This document shows, piece by piece, positions 22,183 to 37,470 of a stretch of DNA of 64,000 nucleotides (positions are counted from its first letter, which is position 1; every line of letters begins with the position of its first letter). The DNA is from Lama guanicoe (taxonomy: Eukaryota), in contig MU053520.1 of NCBI GenBank assembly GCA_013239625.1, forward strand, positions 276,934-340,933, in the 5' to 3' direction. The translations under genes were made by a program, and so were the position numbers. Under the pieces are notes generated by a model that saw only the letters and a program-made list of their open reading frames with translations, searched no databases and was not told where the DNA came from.

Positions 22183-24927
22183 CATAGGTATTCTAGTAAT
22201 CTAAGGATATATGCATTTGAATTGGAATTTCTTAGTTATTAATTTTTTTTCCTTCATGTTTGTGCACATGCCTGTGCATACATGCAGTACATTTGTACAT
22301 GCATGGGTTTTACAGTAACATCAGCAATGATTGACACACAAAAAGCTTATGATTTACAGTCTTGTCATTTTACCCAGGGGTTACATAAAAGATATTCCCT
22401 TTGTACCCTGACTTTGTTTATTACCTCAACACCACTTTGAAGAATATTTCCTTACCTCCTCCAAATTTACACCCCATTTAAATCATATTCACATCAACAT
22501 TTTACACACATTTACTGAATATTTAACCAAAAATTCAGCCTGGGAGCTCTATGCCTCACTGTAAACTGAGAATAAATTACCCATGCAGTTCATGTGCATC
22601 ATGTGAACATTAAACAAAGCAAATCTATATACATTAAGCTAAGTATATTTTATATTATAATGTGGTATTTGATTTTGTTGGCCAGGAGATGAAGCATATA
22701 TTATAAGAGAAACTTCAATCAGAATTTTATTATTATACATCTACAGATGTCATTTCATAAAGTGAAAAATTTGTATCTTGAGTCTTGAAGGCCTGGCATT
22801 TAAAGCTAAAACCATCAAAGAGGGGGCTGAACTTTCATATGTTTTCTTCTTCCTCTCTATAATTTTGTAAGAAAAATAATATATGTGAAATGTGTTGATG
22901 AGGTACATGGTACTTTCCTAAAGCTTGTTAACAATTCTAATGTGATACTCTACTACTTTTTGTTAAGAAGGTTTTGTGTTTTGTAAGGTTCATAAATCTC
23001 AGCTACATCTGAATCAATATAAGCAAATCATTAGCATGAAGCATATTAATACACTAATTGTATTTCTTTATGTGTCTATCCTTTTATGAGACAATAGCTT
23101 AGTAACTTGAAAGTGTTCATGTTTTTCTACTTATAAAAATTATATATGCATCTTATAAAATGATTGAGGTAGAGGAATATGTGATGTAATATTTAATCTT
23201 TGCATTCCTCCTCAATTTTTAAAATAGGAATAGTAGTTTGTGTGAAATTCTAATTTGAAGTATATGGTTTCAAAGATTACAAGTTTGGAGAATATAATAA
23301 TATATAATGATGTATAGTGATCTTCATCAGAAGCAGTAAAGGTGATTGGTTGCCTCAGTTAACAATGGTAATTGCTGAAACAGAGATTATCATGTCCCAC
23401 CTCTGCTCCTGCTGGAGAAAGAAACCATGTTTTATCCTCTGCCACTAGGTCAGTTACATGGGCAAAGGCAGTAACCTGGTGGTAAATATTTGCACCTAAA
23501 ATAAGTAAATCTTTTGTTATTTTCTAATTTATTGATAGTTTGTACTCTTGGGCTGTCTACTAATATAGAATTTCTCATTGATATCTATCACATGTCCATT
23601 AACATGCGACTTAACACTTTGAGCATATTAAAATGCTATTGTGATGGCGTTAATAAACTTCTCCTATAGTTCAACACATATCTCCATGGTTTTCACATCC
23701 ATTCACAAGAAGCCAACTTAGTCTGACAGGGTGAGGGAGGAAACATACGAAGCATTCACCAGAGTGGAGTGTCAGTAGTAAATCACTTAGTAGAGTTTCC
23801 AGGATACAGAAGGGCTCAATAAATACCAGTTTCCTCTCTGTTTTCTTATTTTGTCCTTACATATTTGAAGATCTAGTCCTCAACATATAAGAATTATTCC
23901 ACTCATTTGAAGAAAAGACTAAAGCAGCTTATAAGGTAATAATGATGCCTGATGAATTTCAACCTAGTTGCCTGTTGCAGTGGTTTTCAGCCATGTCTTA
24001 TACTGATGGGTATACACTCAGGCCAAAAAGAGGACCAGAATAGATAAAAAACTCCCTTTCCCTTTTTGTTCTTTTGCCAATATTGTGTCAGAATCAAGGA
24101 AAATGTATGTGTGTATTAAATCATAAACTATAGAGCTGTAGAATGGGACTCTCAACAAGATGAAGTAAATAAAATATCTAGTTAATATACGGAATTATTT
24201 TCCTTAGATTTTTCTCCCTTTGATGTTCTCTATCTTTTTTTATTTTCTGGTATAGAAAGATGAGTCTGAGATTTTTTTCACATAGAAGAAAACCTGCCCT
24301 GAGAAGGTCTGGTATGAGAAGCTCTTCTATGGACATTAGGGATAAATTTCCTTTCTTCCTTAAATTCACCTTTCCTAGATGCTTCTTCTCACTCATGATG
24401 TGGAAAAAAATCTATCGAGAAAAGATTGGGGTGTTAACTTAAGGGGAAAAGGCAGTTGGGCTTGCTAAATTTACTCCCCACCCCCAAATGTGTTTAACTA
24501 TAAAGTTTAGCCTTGCCTCTTATCTATGCAAAGTGATTTCCAATAGTTTCATAATATCCAAACCAGTTTAGGCTAAGAAAAATTTTACATTTATATGGCA
24601 ATTGTACAAGTAACTCTTACATTATGCCAAGCATGGGTCTAAGGTAAATCATGGGCTTGGAGATTTTATCTAGGTCTCTGAAACAATATAATGGCACAGA
24701 AATTGTTCCTTAGAACAAAGTCTTCCTGTATGGACTGTTCTAGGGGTTGCCTCCCAGTTTGTAGATCACCAGGTGAGGGAGGACTGGTTGCAACATGTGC
24801 TTCTCCAGTGGTTGTATCGCCCATATCTGCAGTCAAGAGCTCACCCTGGATTTGATCCTTTTGCTCATACAAAATTCCTCCATGGCTTGACCAGTTCTAT
24901 TCCCTATTGAGCAGTTTGAAATACATT

Positions 24928-25378
24928 CTTTTTATCTTTTTTAAAAATTGTAGAATAGTTAATTTACAAAGTTATGTCAATTTATGGTGTACATAAATAA
25001 CTGTTTCAGTCATATAGATATACATACATTTATTCATTTTCCTATTATTTTTCATTATAGGTTACTACAAGATATTGAATATAGACCCCTGTGCTATACA
25101 GCAGGAACTTTTTACGTATCTATTTTATATATAGTAGTTAGTATTTGAAAATCTTGAACTCCCAATTTATCCCTTCCCTCCCTCTTTACTCACTGGTAAC
25201 CATAAGTTTGTTTTCTATGTCTGTGAGTCTGTTTCTGTTTTGTAATATAGTACATTTATGTCTTTTTTTTTTTCAATTCCACATATGAGTGAAAGCACAT
25301 GATATTTTTCTTTCTCTGGCTTACTTCATTTAGAATGATGATCTCCAGTTCCATCCATGCTGCTGCAAATGCCATTTT
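24928..25378 (-). mobile_element. 5'-truncated L1 3' end
   Basis: Homologous to 323-703 and 39625-40060. Confidence 0.85.
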
Positions 25379-25399
25379 TAAAAATTTACTTAAATTTAA

Positions 25400-26815
25400 T
25401 TTAATTAATTAAACTTAATTAAGAGTATAATTTAATCAGCTTCACAGACACATACAAATCATCTATCCCATACCACAATGAAGAATATAGTATTTCCATC
25501 ATTTTTACACCTTCTGACAGTTAGAACTATTCCTCCATTCTCAAAGCAACCACTGATCTGATTTCCAACTCCAAAGGTTTTGCCTGTTCTAAACTTTATG
25601 TAAATATTTTTGTGCATGAATTCTGCACTCAGCATGCTTTTGAGATTTATCTTTGCTATGTGTGTGTGTATAGATAATCATTTAATTTCCTTTTTATTAC
25701 TGACTATTCTGTTGTATGTTTAACATTCTCTTTTTGATGGACTCTAAGGTCACTTTCAATATTTGGTGCTCATAAATAAAGCTGCTGTGGACACTTCTTT
25801 ACAGAGTTTTGTGGACATGTATTCCTTTCTCTTGGATCAATCTCTAGGAATGGAGTACCTGGGCCATGGAGAAGATTCATGCATAACTTTTTAAAAAACT
25901 GCTAAACAGTTTCCAAAGTAGTTGTACCATTTTACACTGTCAGAGTTCTGGTTGTTCTATAATTTCTCCAACATTTGGTGTTGACATTCTTTTCTTTGTT
26001 GATGATGCATTCTTTTTCTTGACTATTCTAATGAATATACGGTTATTGTTATTTTAAGTTTCATTCTCCAAATTAGTAATGATTATGAATACTCTTTTCA
26101 TTAGTTTATTGTTATGTGTATACCTTATTTTTTGAAGTGCTTGTTCAAATTTTTGCTTGTTATTTTGTTTATTTTTCGGTCATTTTAAGTTGGAAGAGTT
26201 TTTATATATTATGGACACATGACTTTTGCCTAATGTATGTATTGATAATATTTTCTCCTAGTATATGACTGACTTATTTATTTTACAAAAATACTTTTTA
26301 ACTTAAAGTAACTTTATTAAGATATATTTAACACACAATGAATGAATTTTAGTTTTACAGTTATATGCATTTTGTAAATACATATACTCAAGACACCTGT
26401 ACTATAATCAACTATAAAATATTTATATTAGCCCAACAAGGCCCTTCATGCTCCTCTGTAGTCATTCATTTTCCCAATCCCAAACTCCAGGCAATCACTG
26501 ATCTACCTTCTTTCACTGTAGATATGTTTTGAAAAGTCTAGAATTTCATATAAATGGAATTGCAAGTTTTTTTTTATGTCTGGGTCCTTTTGTTCAGTAT
26601 ATGATAGTGCACACATCAGTTATTTCTTTTTCATTGCTAGATAATATTCTATTGCATGGATATATGATATATGACAATTTGGATATTTGGATATATAGAT
26701 TGTTTCCAACTTGGGACTATTATAAATAGAACTGCTATAAATATCCATATGTAATTCTTTTTTATGCACCTGTGCTTTTCCCTTGGATAAGTGAGGCACA
26801 ATATTTCTAGATCAT
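25400..26815 (-). mobile_element. Ancient L1 (L1ME/L1MC-type) fragments
   Basis: 'gcaaccactgatctg', 'gttgtaccattttacact', 'caggcaatcactgatcta', 'agaatttcatataaatggaat'. Confidence 0.65.
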
Positions 26816-29800
26816 AGTTATTAGGAAGTATTTGTCTGCTAATTTAAGTATCTGGACCATTTCTGGATCTGGTTCTATTGTCTATGTTCTCTCTTGGTTA
26901 CGTGTCACATTTTTTTTACTTTTTCTTATGTCTCCTAATCTTTGATGCAGTGTCAGTTATTGTGTATAAAAGAGCAGTAGAGGCTATGGTAAACAACATT
27001 TACATCCCAAAAGAATGTACCTCTTCTTCTGTCAAGCAATGAATAAGGGATCTAGTTCAATGTAGTCTATGATTGAACTGGGCTTGGGATATTGTTGCTG
27101 ATGGCAGATTCACCACAGGTTCCATATCAACCTAGAGTGGATCAGAGTTGTCACTTTAGCAGGGATTAGACTGTATCACCAGGATAGTTTATATCTGCTG
27201 TCCTGGTCTGATCTCAGACATCAGCCTACCCCACTCTCTAGTGCCTCATGGGCATCTCCTTCAGTTTCCTCCCCAATGCCAGCCACAGATGCCTGCTGTC
27301 TGGTACTCAGTGGAAGGGTCTAAGTGCTTGTTTAGGTTATCTTAGTTCTCTGTTTTTACCCTCAGATGTCAGCAGGCCCTTGGTGTCTGTGCTTCTGGAA
27401 ATCTCTCTCAGGTTTCCTTCTCATCTCCAAGTGGTAAGCAGCCACTGTCTGGTCTTCAGTGTGAGCCAGAGTGCTCATGGGGTTTCTCTTAGTACTCTTC
27501 TCATCTCTCAAGACTTCTGATAGCCCAACTCACTTATGCCCAAGCATAGCTAACAGCTGTTATTTAAAAAAGATAGTTTAAAAATTAATAATTACTTGAT
27601 TAGAACACATTAAAGTAAATTATGGTACATGGACTATAGAGATCAATCTCTAAAACAGAATGAAGAAGATCACTACTAGTATGGAAAAATTTGATATATT
27701 GTCAAATATTAAAGTCAGTTTGCTGAAAAATATGTATATAAGACATATGTACATTGTCTCTATCTGTGAAGCACATACTTCATGTACATATGTCTATATA
27801 TTTTATGCAATCACATGTATATTTATGTGTGTGTATAAATACACACACATATATATAATATATATGTGCATTATAATCATAAAATGTACAAAGAGAAAGG
27901 TCTAAATGAACAGGTAATGAACTGTCAACCTTGGTTGTCCTCGAGGGAAGTCCTTAGATTGGGTGTGGGCCAAGTGAAAGTACTTTGAATTTATATTATA
28001 TGTGCTCCAGTATTAGCAAAATTTTAACTATTAGAGTATGTTGATTAGGAACATAATTTTAAAAATGAATAAAACAATGATGAAAGACTACACATTTAAT
28101 GAATATAAATATAGCTAAATGGAGCACCAAGTAAGTTGCAAAAATTATAAGCAAAAACAGATTTGGCTTTTTATTCATAAAACTTAAGCTAAACTAGTTG
28201 GGCTGCTTGGAACAGATGGTGTAGTGGTAAAGGTAGGTGAAAATAGACGATTTTTAGCTCCCAATTTGCATCTGACTTTTCTGTCAAGGAGAATAATTAC
28301 CTTACTTGGGAGGTAAAACAAAGAGTTAGAATGAAGAGACTTAAGTTCAAGTTAAGAGAAAAAATAAACACATTGTTGGCATCAAAGGGCTTGTCAACTG
28401 TCCAGGGAACCAACTCAAGTTCAAGAGGCATTTTAAGGGCAGAATGAGAAGATTTCAAACATTTAACAAAGTAGAACAAAAGACACATAAAGCAGAACAA
28501 AAATACATAAAATATAGGGAAAGGCAGAATTGATAAGTATGGAAAAATGAACTTGAAAGTAAAATACATCAGAATCTAAAAATATATCATTATTTCTGGC
28601 TTTTAAAATTTAAATGTAAGTTGGTCAGTAGGAATCAACAGTAGTTCACTAAGGTAAGGATGGTAACCATCTACAAAGTTTACATATTTGCTCTAAAAAG
28701 CATGACATAGCTCACTTCATTGCAAGGGATATAGTCATTTAGTGATAACCGTTTCTTGATTCAAACGTGATAGATTTAAAATATAAAGGTCTACTTAATT
28801 CCAACAGAATTAAATAACTAAGAGTTGGATGCCACAATGTACCAGCTTGTGGGTTTAGCACTTTTAAAAGTATAGGGTGTAATAGGAAACACATGACTAA
28901 TCTTCACTGACTGTAGTCAAACTCAAATATTGGAGATAGTAAGACATTGAATAAGAATCTCAAAAATGAAATCGTAATTTCCTTTATAACAATCTTGAAA
29001 GGTTGAGAAGTTCTCCAAAATATGAATGATCTATGAAATATACACTTCATTTTATATTTAATTCTGCACTTAACATTAATAAAAGCTTTGAAGTCTAACC
29101 TAAGACTTCACTTAAATATTCCATTAGGAAGATGATTTCCATACCAATATAGTAGATGATAATATAAAAATTTCATATAGATTATCGAGCTACTACTTAG
29201 AGATAAATATGTCAGAAATATGACCTATCAAGAACAATCATTTCAATAATTACCTTTACTTTTTTCCTGGATTATAAGACAAAATTGTATTATTCATCCC
29301 TATAACACTCTATAAAAAATTGTACAGCTGCATCTGCTAATACTAGAGATCAAACTTCATTATTGTGAGCACTTGAGGATTTGTCTCTTGCATTTGAAAA
29401 AAAGCATCGGGATTTTAATTCAAAACCTCTGATTTTGTGTGTAAGTCCCTCATGAACCAACTGAATAATTTTGGGAAAATAATCATTTTTTTTTTCTGAG
29501 TCTTGTTGTACTGTTGTTGCTCTTTCAAGCATCAGGGAGATTAATGTATGCTAAAATTCTTACACATAATATAAACAGAATAAATTACAGATTTTCCTCT
29601 CCTTCCCCTCTTCCTTCCTTCCTTTCATCCTCTCACTATAAGTAAAGAAAAAAATAAATAAATGACTAATGTCATAGGCAGCCCCTAAGATGGCCTGCAG
29701 TGATTTCCACCTCCTGGTAAAAATCATCTGCAACACTTACAGTGACTATGGGTGTTCTGATCAAAGATGTCCATGGCCTTTATGAGCAATTAAATAAAAA

Positions 29801-31759
29801 TTTCCTGCTCGATACAGGATAGGGACATGGTGTAAGAGATTAGACAGCTGTATCTGCAGTGTGTTCTGACATGTCTTGGTGGAGTTATTATAGGAGTGGC
29901 TCTATGTAATTAAAGGAAGATCACAGCACATCAGCCTGAATATTCTTTGTGACACTATTATCAATCATAAGGGAATGATATCCCATCCTAGAGAAGGCTC
30001 ACTTCCATCCAAGATAAGATATATACTACTGTATACTAGACAGAAAGGAAGAAAGACTGAGCGAATGAGAGGTAGAAATTCGCCAAGAAGGTGCATGATG
30101 CAAAAGTTGTCGGAGAACATTGTGATAGGAAAAAAGCAGTTTGCAATAATGTAGGGAGTAAAAAAAGTGACAAGATCATAGCTATTAAATGTCTCTGAAA
30201 GGTTACAGTAGAATGAAGTAAACTTTCCTGGTGTGGGGAGCAAGAAATTTTACACTTATTTATGAAGCAGTCTTGGGGTAAAGGATGAAAGTCCAAACTC
30301 ACCTATTATGCTCAAGAAAATGTAAGTTAAGTTGTACGTTTATCAAGAGTCATTTGTATTTATTTCTGAATCTGTATATGTCAATTTTACTTAATAAGCA
30401 GTTTGATTCAGAGAAAAATTTTAGTGACAGATAAAACTGGTTTAAAACTTAGGCTTGTATATGCCCATGCTATGGAACCAAGTTTTCTCACCTCTATAAT
30501 AGATATATTATTGCATATTCTTAAGTGTTGCTAAAGTAATTAAATGAAATAAAATATGTCTGAATATCTAGCATGGCTTTTTATTTATAACAGATTGTCA
30601 ATGCTGATTGTATAAATCAGGACAGCAGCAAGAAACCCAGAATTCACTCAATGCAGAGTTTCATGAAGGGGCAATAATGAAAAATGTGTGCAGGGTTAAG
30701 GGATGGAGCACCACTGAGAGATCAGCAATAACTGGATGCCGTCATCATCTCTAGACTAGAAAGGGCCATAGGTTTACCAATGACACTGCTCTCAAGGACT
30801 GGACCTCAGGTGTCAGGCCTAGGTAACTGCCACCTCTCAGGACACCAGGAAGGGAACAGGCAAATAAATACCCTGGTCTCTCTCTCCTTTGCTCATTTGA
30901 ATTTTCTGCCACGTCTCCCATTAGCCTAATCCAACTTGCAGTTAGGTTGGAAAAGTGAGTCGACGAAGAGAGGTAAATGGAGACTATCCAGTCCAGCCCA
31001 CTTATCTGTACATTTTGTTCTAAAAGGGAATTTTGAAGCAAGATATGCCTAAGAATAAAGATAATAAGCTAATGAGAATACAGGATAAGACCTCGAACAC
31101 TGGTGTTGCTGTTAAGGGGAAGTTTATATTCGGCAGGTGGCAAGGTTATAGAAACAATACTAAAAAGCATTTGAGTTAATACAAGCAAATGGAAAACCTT
31201 GCAATCTTACATTGCCCAATCTCTTTCAGACATTTAATACTAGCTTAAAGGAGAATAGCTCAAATAGCCAGATACCTGCAGTGGATCTTTCCTTTGAATT
31301 CTTCTTTATTTTTAGTGGGTATTTAAAAGGGATGTCGTGCAAATGTGTGTGTATGTGCATATGTGTTGGGGGGAGAGGTTGGAGAATATGTTTAAGCTGC
31401 TATTTTAGTAAATCCCTATTAATTTCCTATACCTTTTTTGTTTATGACACTTAATGTTCTCTGATAAGAATTGGTGATAGTTTTGACTTAGAAAATATTG
31501 AGGTGGCTAAAAGTGCACAATTTTCACTTTAATAATGTTTTACTTCATGGCCACACGAAAAAAAAGCAGTGAGGCCCATGCATAGACGTAGATTTTGTTC
31601 TGTATAATTATGTGTCAAATTGTCCTCCTAACACTGAATGCTAGATAATCATGCTATTATCTCCAATGAAACCTTTTAATTTCTTTAGTGGAAATATGTC
31701 CCAAGTTAACATAAATATATATGTTTATGTCATATTCAGAGAAAAAGCAAAACACAAAA

Positions 31760-31990
31760 GAAATACTTTGGCTCCTTTCTATGTATTAGGAACTCTGCTG
31801 GTCAATGTACATGTTCTCATTTAACCTCCATGTATAATCTAAGGTTGTGTATTAGTCAGGCAATGTTAAGAATAATAAAGACAAGGGAGATTTAGTGATT
31901 TTTACAAAGTCACGAAGCTAGTATTGAATGAAGGTGAGAAGGACAGACATTTTGGTCTGATTTCAAAGTCCATGATCACTCAACCACATA
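31760..31990 (-). mobile_element. MIR SINE remnant
   Basis: 'tctcatttaacctcca...aaagtcacgaagctagta...gtctgatttcaaagtccatgatc'. Confidence 0.6.
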
Positions 31991-32211
31991 ATGCCTTCCA
32001 GACAGAAGGAAAGAAATAAACACTGCTAGCAAAAGTTAATCGATTCTTTTGGTGGCTGAAAATGATGAAATGAAGACAGCTCTTGTTTATATCAAGGGAT
32101 GTATAATCACAGACCTTGACACTAGGTAATATTTGCTGAATTAAAGAACTGTGAGGTATATCTTATCAATTGACATGAAGCTAATTTGTATACTGAAATG
32201 GAAACAATTAT

Positions 32212-32502
32212 TTTTTTTAATTTTTTATGGATTTATAATCATTTTACAATGTTGTATCAAATTCCAGTGTAAAGCACAATTTTTCAGTCATACATGAACA
32301 TATATACATTCATTGAGAAATTTTTTCACTGTGAGCTATCATAAGATCTTGTGTATATTTCCCTGTGCTCTACAGTATAATCTTGTTTATCTATTCTACA
32401 ATTTTGAAATCCTGTCTATCCCTTCCCACCTTCCACCCCCTTGGCAACCACAAGTTTGTATTCTATGTCTATGAGTCTATTTCTGTTTTGTATTTATGCT
32501 TT
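32212..32502 (-). mobile_element. Short L1 3'UTR insertion with TSD
   Basis: TSD GAAACAATTAT at 32201-32211 and 32503-32513; homologous to 39650-39940. Confidence 0.9.
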
Positions 32503-33138
32503 GAAACAATTATATTTTTACTAAATTCAAAATGTGAAATTCTACTAGATGCCTATAGCATCAATATAATATTGGCATAAATATATATTCATTAATGCCA
32601 CAGAGCTAGGGCTGACAGGAATTTCTTAAGCATCCATCATTATTTGGGGCCTAAGGAGGAAGACCCTCTTGTCTCCAAAATAGTTCCCACCCCATGTGGA
32701 TTGCTAAATATAATTTCAAAAACACAGATGTAGATCATTCCAACTAGAGTCAGAGAGCAGTACATCTCTTAGCCATTCTCCTAAGTGACAAAAGAGAAGG
32801 GTGTGCATTTTGAAGCACATGGCACATTTTGAAACAAATTTACAGTGAGGAGTAAAAATGGGGCTTCTACATATGCAAAACCAAAAACTGTGTAGGTATT
32901 AATAAGTGCCCTGTTGTGAGAAAGCAAAGCAATATGGGGAAACATACCACCAAGAACATAAAAGATGAACAGAATACTTGGGAGGAAGAGAATTCCTTGT
33001 AGGGTCATTAAAGTCCAGTATCATGGACACTTGTGTTAGAATGTCATCACAGACAGGAAATAGGAAGCAAAAGTTGACATCAGAGATCTACTTAATATGT
33101 ATGATGCGATGTATAATTATGCATGAAATATATATGTA

Positions 33139-33760
33139 TGTGGGTTCATCACCAGTCATGGGTTCTGGCCAGCAGAAGTCCCACCGAAATGGAATGAATT
33201 ACTCAAGACTCTGTGGACAAAGTCAAGAGAGCGAGAGGGAGTCGGGAGCCAACTCCCCAAACCTCTCAGTTGCTCCCACATTTGTTGTCTACAATCAAAG
33301 GAGAAATCACTGACCATTGTGTGATGGAATGCAGGAACTTAGGGAAAGACAGGGTGGGATTTAGATTGTAGGGTCTGGCTCAAGTCAGGAGGCCCTCTAG
33401 GTTTTAGCAAGTCATATTTGTGTTGACATCAGCGAGCCTTACAGCTTATCAGGGCAAAATGTCTGAGAAGTAGCTGCTTTAACATTTTTTCTTGGCTGTG
33501 CCTGTCTCAGGTTGCCCCCCTCTGGGGGTCTTACCCGTCATTGGCTAACCAGCCTTTTCACCTCTGAGTCTGCAGTTTTTTATAACTTGCTTATCATTCT
33601 AGCCCAAGACTCATTTATTTGGGGGCCTAAAGTTTACCTTTAAGGAAGTCATGGGGAGAGGGGAATAATATACATTCTTGTAGATATGTTAAAGCAGACC
33701 ACCAGCCCAGAAGCAGTTGGGGTCTGCTACAATTTGTTAACCCAATCATGGGCTCCCACA
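33139..33760 (-). mobile_element. Solo LTR, class II (ERVK/betaretrovirus-like)
   Basis: Inverted termini TGTGGG...CCCACA; exact 6-bp TSD TATGTA (33133-33138 / 33761-33766); minus-strand CCAATGACGGGTAAG motif; strand is less certain than the boundaries. Confidence 0.85.
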
Positions 33761-34789
33761 TATGTAAATTTCATGATACAGTTATTTAGAGCATTCTTAG
33801 AGTAATGGATATATACACACATTTTTCCCCCTCAGAGTAAGAATTCAGTAATCCTTAATAATTATGTTGCTTTTATAGATAGACCTATTCTTTGCTTTCG
33901 TCATCAATATAAAGAATTTAGACATTCAAAGTCATGTTTTAGGTAACCAGAAAGAATAAACATTTATGCAAATTAATCCCACACTGACAGTATAATGTAG
34001 ACTGATAATAGCAAGTAACATTTTTAACCTTTCTCAGAATGAAACCCTCAAATTCCTATGATTAATTTGTTTTTAATTATTTTTTTTTTCTTTTCGAAGC
34101 TATGGTCTTAAACACTCTCTATTCTAGCAACAAAAAAAGGCTTAACACAACTAGAAAAAAATGTATCTTACTTTTGTTACTCAGTAGTCAAGGAAGCCCT
34201 TATATGAAAATCCCACTTACACTGCCACAAGAGGTTAGCAAATATTTATGCATAAAATTCAATTAGGAAGAAAAAAATTCTTATAAAGCACACTTTATTT
34301 TAACAGTTATATTCCTTTCATTATTAAAAAAATTTATAAGTCTGTTTAAGAATTATTTTCCTTGATCCAAGAAGGGTTTTATTCTGGTCTACAATTTCAT
34401 AAACTACATAGCTTGTGTCCACTGCAGCCTGTAATCCTAATGACAACTCTTAGAACACATTTTGTGAGTAGTATTCCTTTGAACCTGCCTCTTTTTGTGT
34501 TTAATGGACTAATCTTATGAGCTAGTAAATTGTTAAATACAACTTATGTGGCCTATTGAATTTTATAAATTTTTTTTTATGTCAAATGGATTAAACAGCA
34601 ATGCACTTTACACAAAGTTGTCCTCAGCTTATTGATCACAAAACTTTTTACTGTAGATTTCTATTTTAATTTGAAGACAGTCACCTCTCAGTTGAGAACA
34701 AAGATGAATCTTCATTTTGATGGTCTATGAGACATCTTTCAGTAAAGGAACTGGATCAATTGGGCATTCTTATGGAGAGCAATAAGGTC

Positions 34790-36070
34790 TGACACTTAGC
34801 TCACTCCATAATTAAATGTCAGTTGTAGATGGGCCATACAACTAAGTGTAAAACACACATACACACATTAATATTCTAGAAGAAAGTATAAGAAAGTATC
34901 TTTAAAGCCTACAACACAAAAAATCACTGCATAAAATAATACCTAATAAATAATATCACATTAAAATTAGGACTTCTGTTTATCAAAACACACATTAAGA
35001 GAGTGGAAATCCAAGCCATAGAGTGAGTGGAGAAATCTGCATACTGTGTAAAGTGAAATATCTAGAACATGTAAATAACTTCTTCAATTTATTATTTTAT
35101 TAAAATGTGTAACAATACTAAAGAAGGGACATATTTTTGATACTTTACAGAAAATAATATTCAAAGACAGTAAAAATGAAATATGATCAGCAATATTACT
35201 TTTCAAGGAAAAAAATTAAAACAATAAGGGTAAAGTTACTGTTTTGGATAGGGTGCAAGGTAAGTCCTCGTGGCAACCACATTTATATAAGACAGAAAAT
35301 CTCACAACATAATGCCCAGCAAAAGAGTCCAAGAAAATCAAAGATTTTGTAGAAGATTTATATAAAACAAAAATTAGGAACACTGTTACATTAGAGTCAA
35401 AACAGTGTTTACCTTGAGGGAGGGTAGTCAAAGAGAAAGGGCACAGGGAGACTTCTGGCATGTTGGTAAGGTTCTGTTTTCGACCTGGCTGTTGCAGATA
35501 AATTTGTATTCATTTTATGAGTATTTATTGTGATTTTCCCCTATGATTTATGTATAATCCTGCATGTATGTTATTTAATAAAATATTCATTTTGAAGAAA
35601 GTGAATTGATATAATAAAATGATATTCTACCCCAAAAAAAAATCACATTTCCTTTTATCCATAAATTTCATTTTTACTACTCTATTCTTCAGAAATGCTT
35701 GCACATAGAAGTTAATATATCCCTGATATATATTCCCTGCTATATATTCAAGAATATCAATTGCAGCATCATTTAAAATAGTTAACATTGAAAATAACTC
35801 AAATGCTAATCATATTTAAATATTTAATTTTAATATATTTAGGCTACATATTAGATTATGTTATTATTAAGAGAACTAGGGTGGACCTAGTTGTACTGAG
35901 ATACACGTCTGTAAGACTAATGGACATTTTAGCTAAAAAGTTCAAGAACAATATGTAAATATTGATCTAGTTTGTTGAAAATATTTAGAACGGGGTATGT
36001 GTATGTGTATTTATACATTCACAGAGAAATGCTCACAAAAACTCCTATCTGCAGTAATTAATTCTAGGAA
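34790..36070 (+). mobile_element. Ancient L1 (L1ME-type) fragments
   Basis: 'attaaaattaggacttctgtttatcaaaacacac', 'gggcacagggagacttctgg', 'ttgcagcatcatttaaaatag'. Confidence 0.55.
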
Positions 36071-36364
36071 AGAGTGGAAGTATGGAGGATTTAAGAGGCA
36101 TCTTGTAATTCCATTTAGTTTGGCTCTTGAAACAAGGAAGTGTTTAGACATGGACAGTAGAAAAATTAAGACAAGCAAAAAAGAAGAACACTACTTATAC
36201 CTATTTTTTTATCTTGATTTATTTTTCTACCTACTTTAACAGCAGATTCACTCAGCAATCAGTTCTCAAATTTTCAAGATCTTCCTTGCTTTATTTTTTC
36301 TTCTGGTCTTTCATTCAGAATTCAAAGTCTCCTCTTCAGGGAAATCTTCCTTGTCTATCCCTTT

Positions 36365-37333
36365 TGTAAAAGAAAAAAAAATCAAATTTTCCATTCTATG
36401 TAAGTAAAAATTTTTTTCTCACTGTGCATTTCTTTCCTGTGTGTCTCCTTTACTACCCACAGAAAACACTTAACTCTGTTTCACCAATGGGTAGGGTTTT
36501 TCCCCACACCAAGCAGTTCTCCATGACACCAGCTGGGTGTTCTACAATTTAATTCAATTCTGACACTATCTGCTTGGACTTAATGTCACTTCCTACAGGT
36601 TAAGTACTTAGTTCCACAAGACTGCTCCCACCCTACCTCAGATGCCAATCTCAAGTACTGCATCTCCAGGTTACTTACAACTTGTGTTCTATTTGCTTAC
36701 AAATTGAAGTTCTCCATGATCCTCTTCTTACTTTCAATGAATTTACTAGAGTAGCTCACAGACCTCAGGGAAACACTTATGTTTACCAGTTTATTAAAGG
36801 ATGTGATAAAGGGCACAAATAAGCATCTACAAGAGATGCATAAGGAAAGGTATGTGAAAGAAATAGAGAGCTTTCATACCCTCTCCAGGATGCTACTCTC
36901 CAGGCGCCTCTACATGTTCACCAACCAGGAAGACACCTAAACCCTATACTTTTGGGATTTTCTGGAGGCTTCAGCTTGTAGACATAATCAGTCATTAACT
37001 ACATTTTCAGCCTTTCTCCCTTCTCAAGGGGATGGAGGGCAGGACTGAAAATTCTAAGCTTCTAATCATGGTTTGGCCTTTCCAGTTACCAGTCCTCATT
37101 TGGGAGTCATCCAGGAACCCACCTAGAGTCACCTCATTAGAACAAACACACTTCTATCTCCCAGCAAATTATAAGGATTTCAGGAACTTTATGTCAGGAA
37201 CAGAGGTCAAAAATCAACATCAGAACAAGAGATGCCCCCAGTGCTCTTATAACTTAGGAAATTACAAGGGTTTCAGAAACTCTGTGCCAGGAACTGAGAG
37301 CAGGGACTAAGACACATTATCTGTTATCTCACA
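36365..37333. mobile_element. Solo LTR, MER21-like
   Basis: TG...CA ends; 'ccagctgggtgttctacaatttaattcaattctgacactatc'; internal repeat 'aaatta(t/c)aagg..ttcag(g/a)aact.t.tg.caggaac' x2. Confidence 0.7.
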
Positions 37334-37470
37334 TCTTCCTAATGCCTCCCCTTATCCTTCCATTATATTACTATTCTCTTTACTTTTTCAAGGCATCAAT
37401 CTCTATCTAAAGTGATACTTCATATATCTTTCTTTAACTGTTGCAGGTGCCGCCACTGCATCATAGAAGG

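Noticed and set aside
24666..24872. Protein-like ORF ..EQKDQIQGELLTADMGD.. in a GC-richer patch
   Set aside because: No recognisable homology, no convincing splice-site pair, and no poly(A) or TSD
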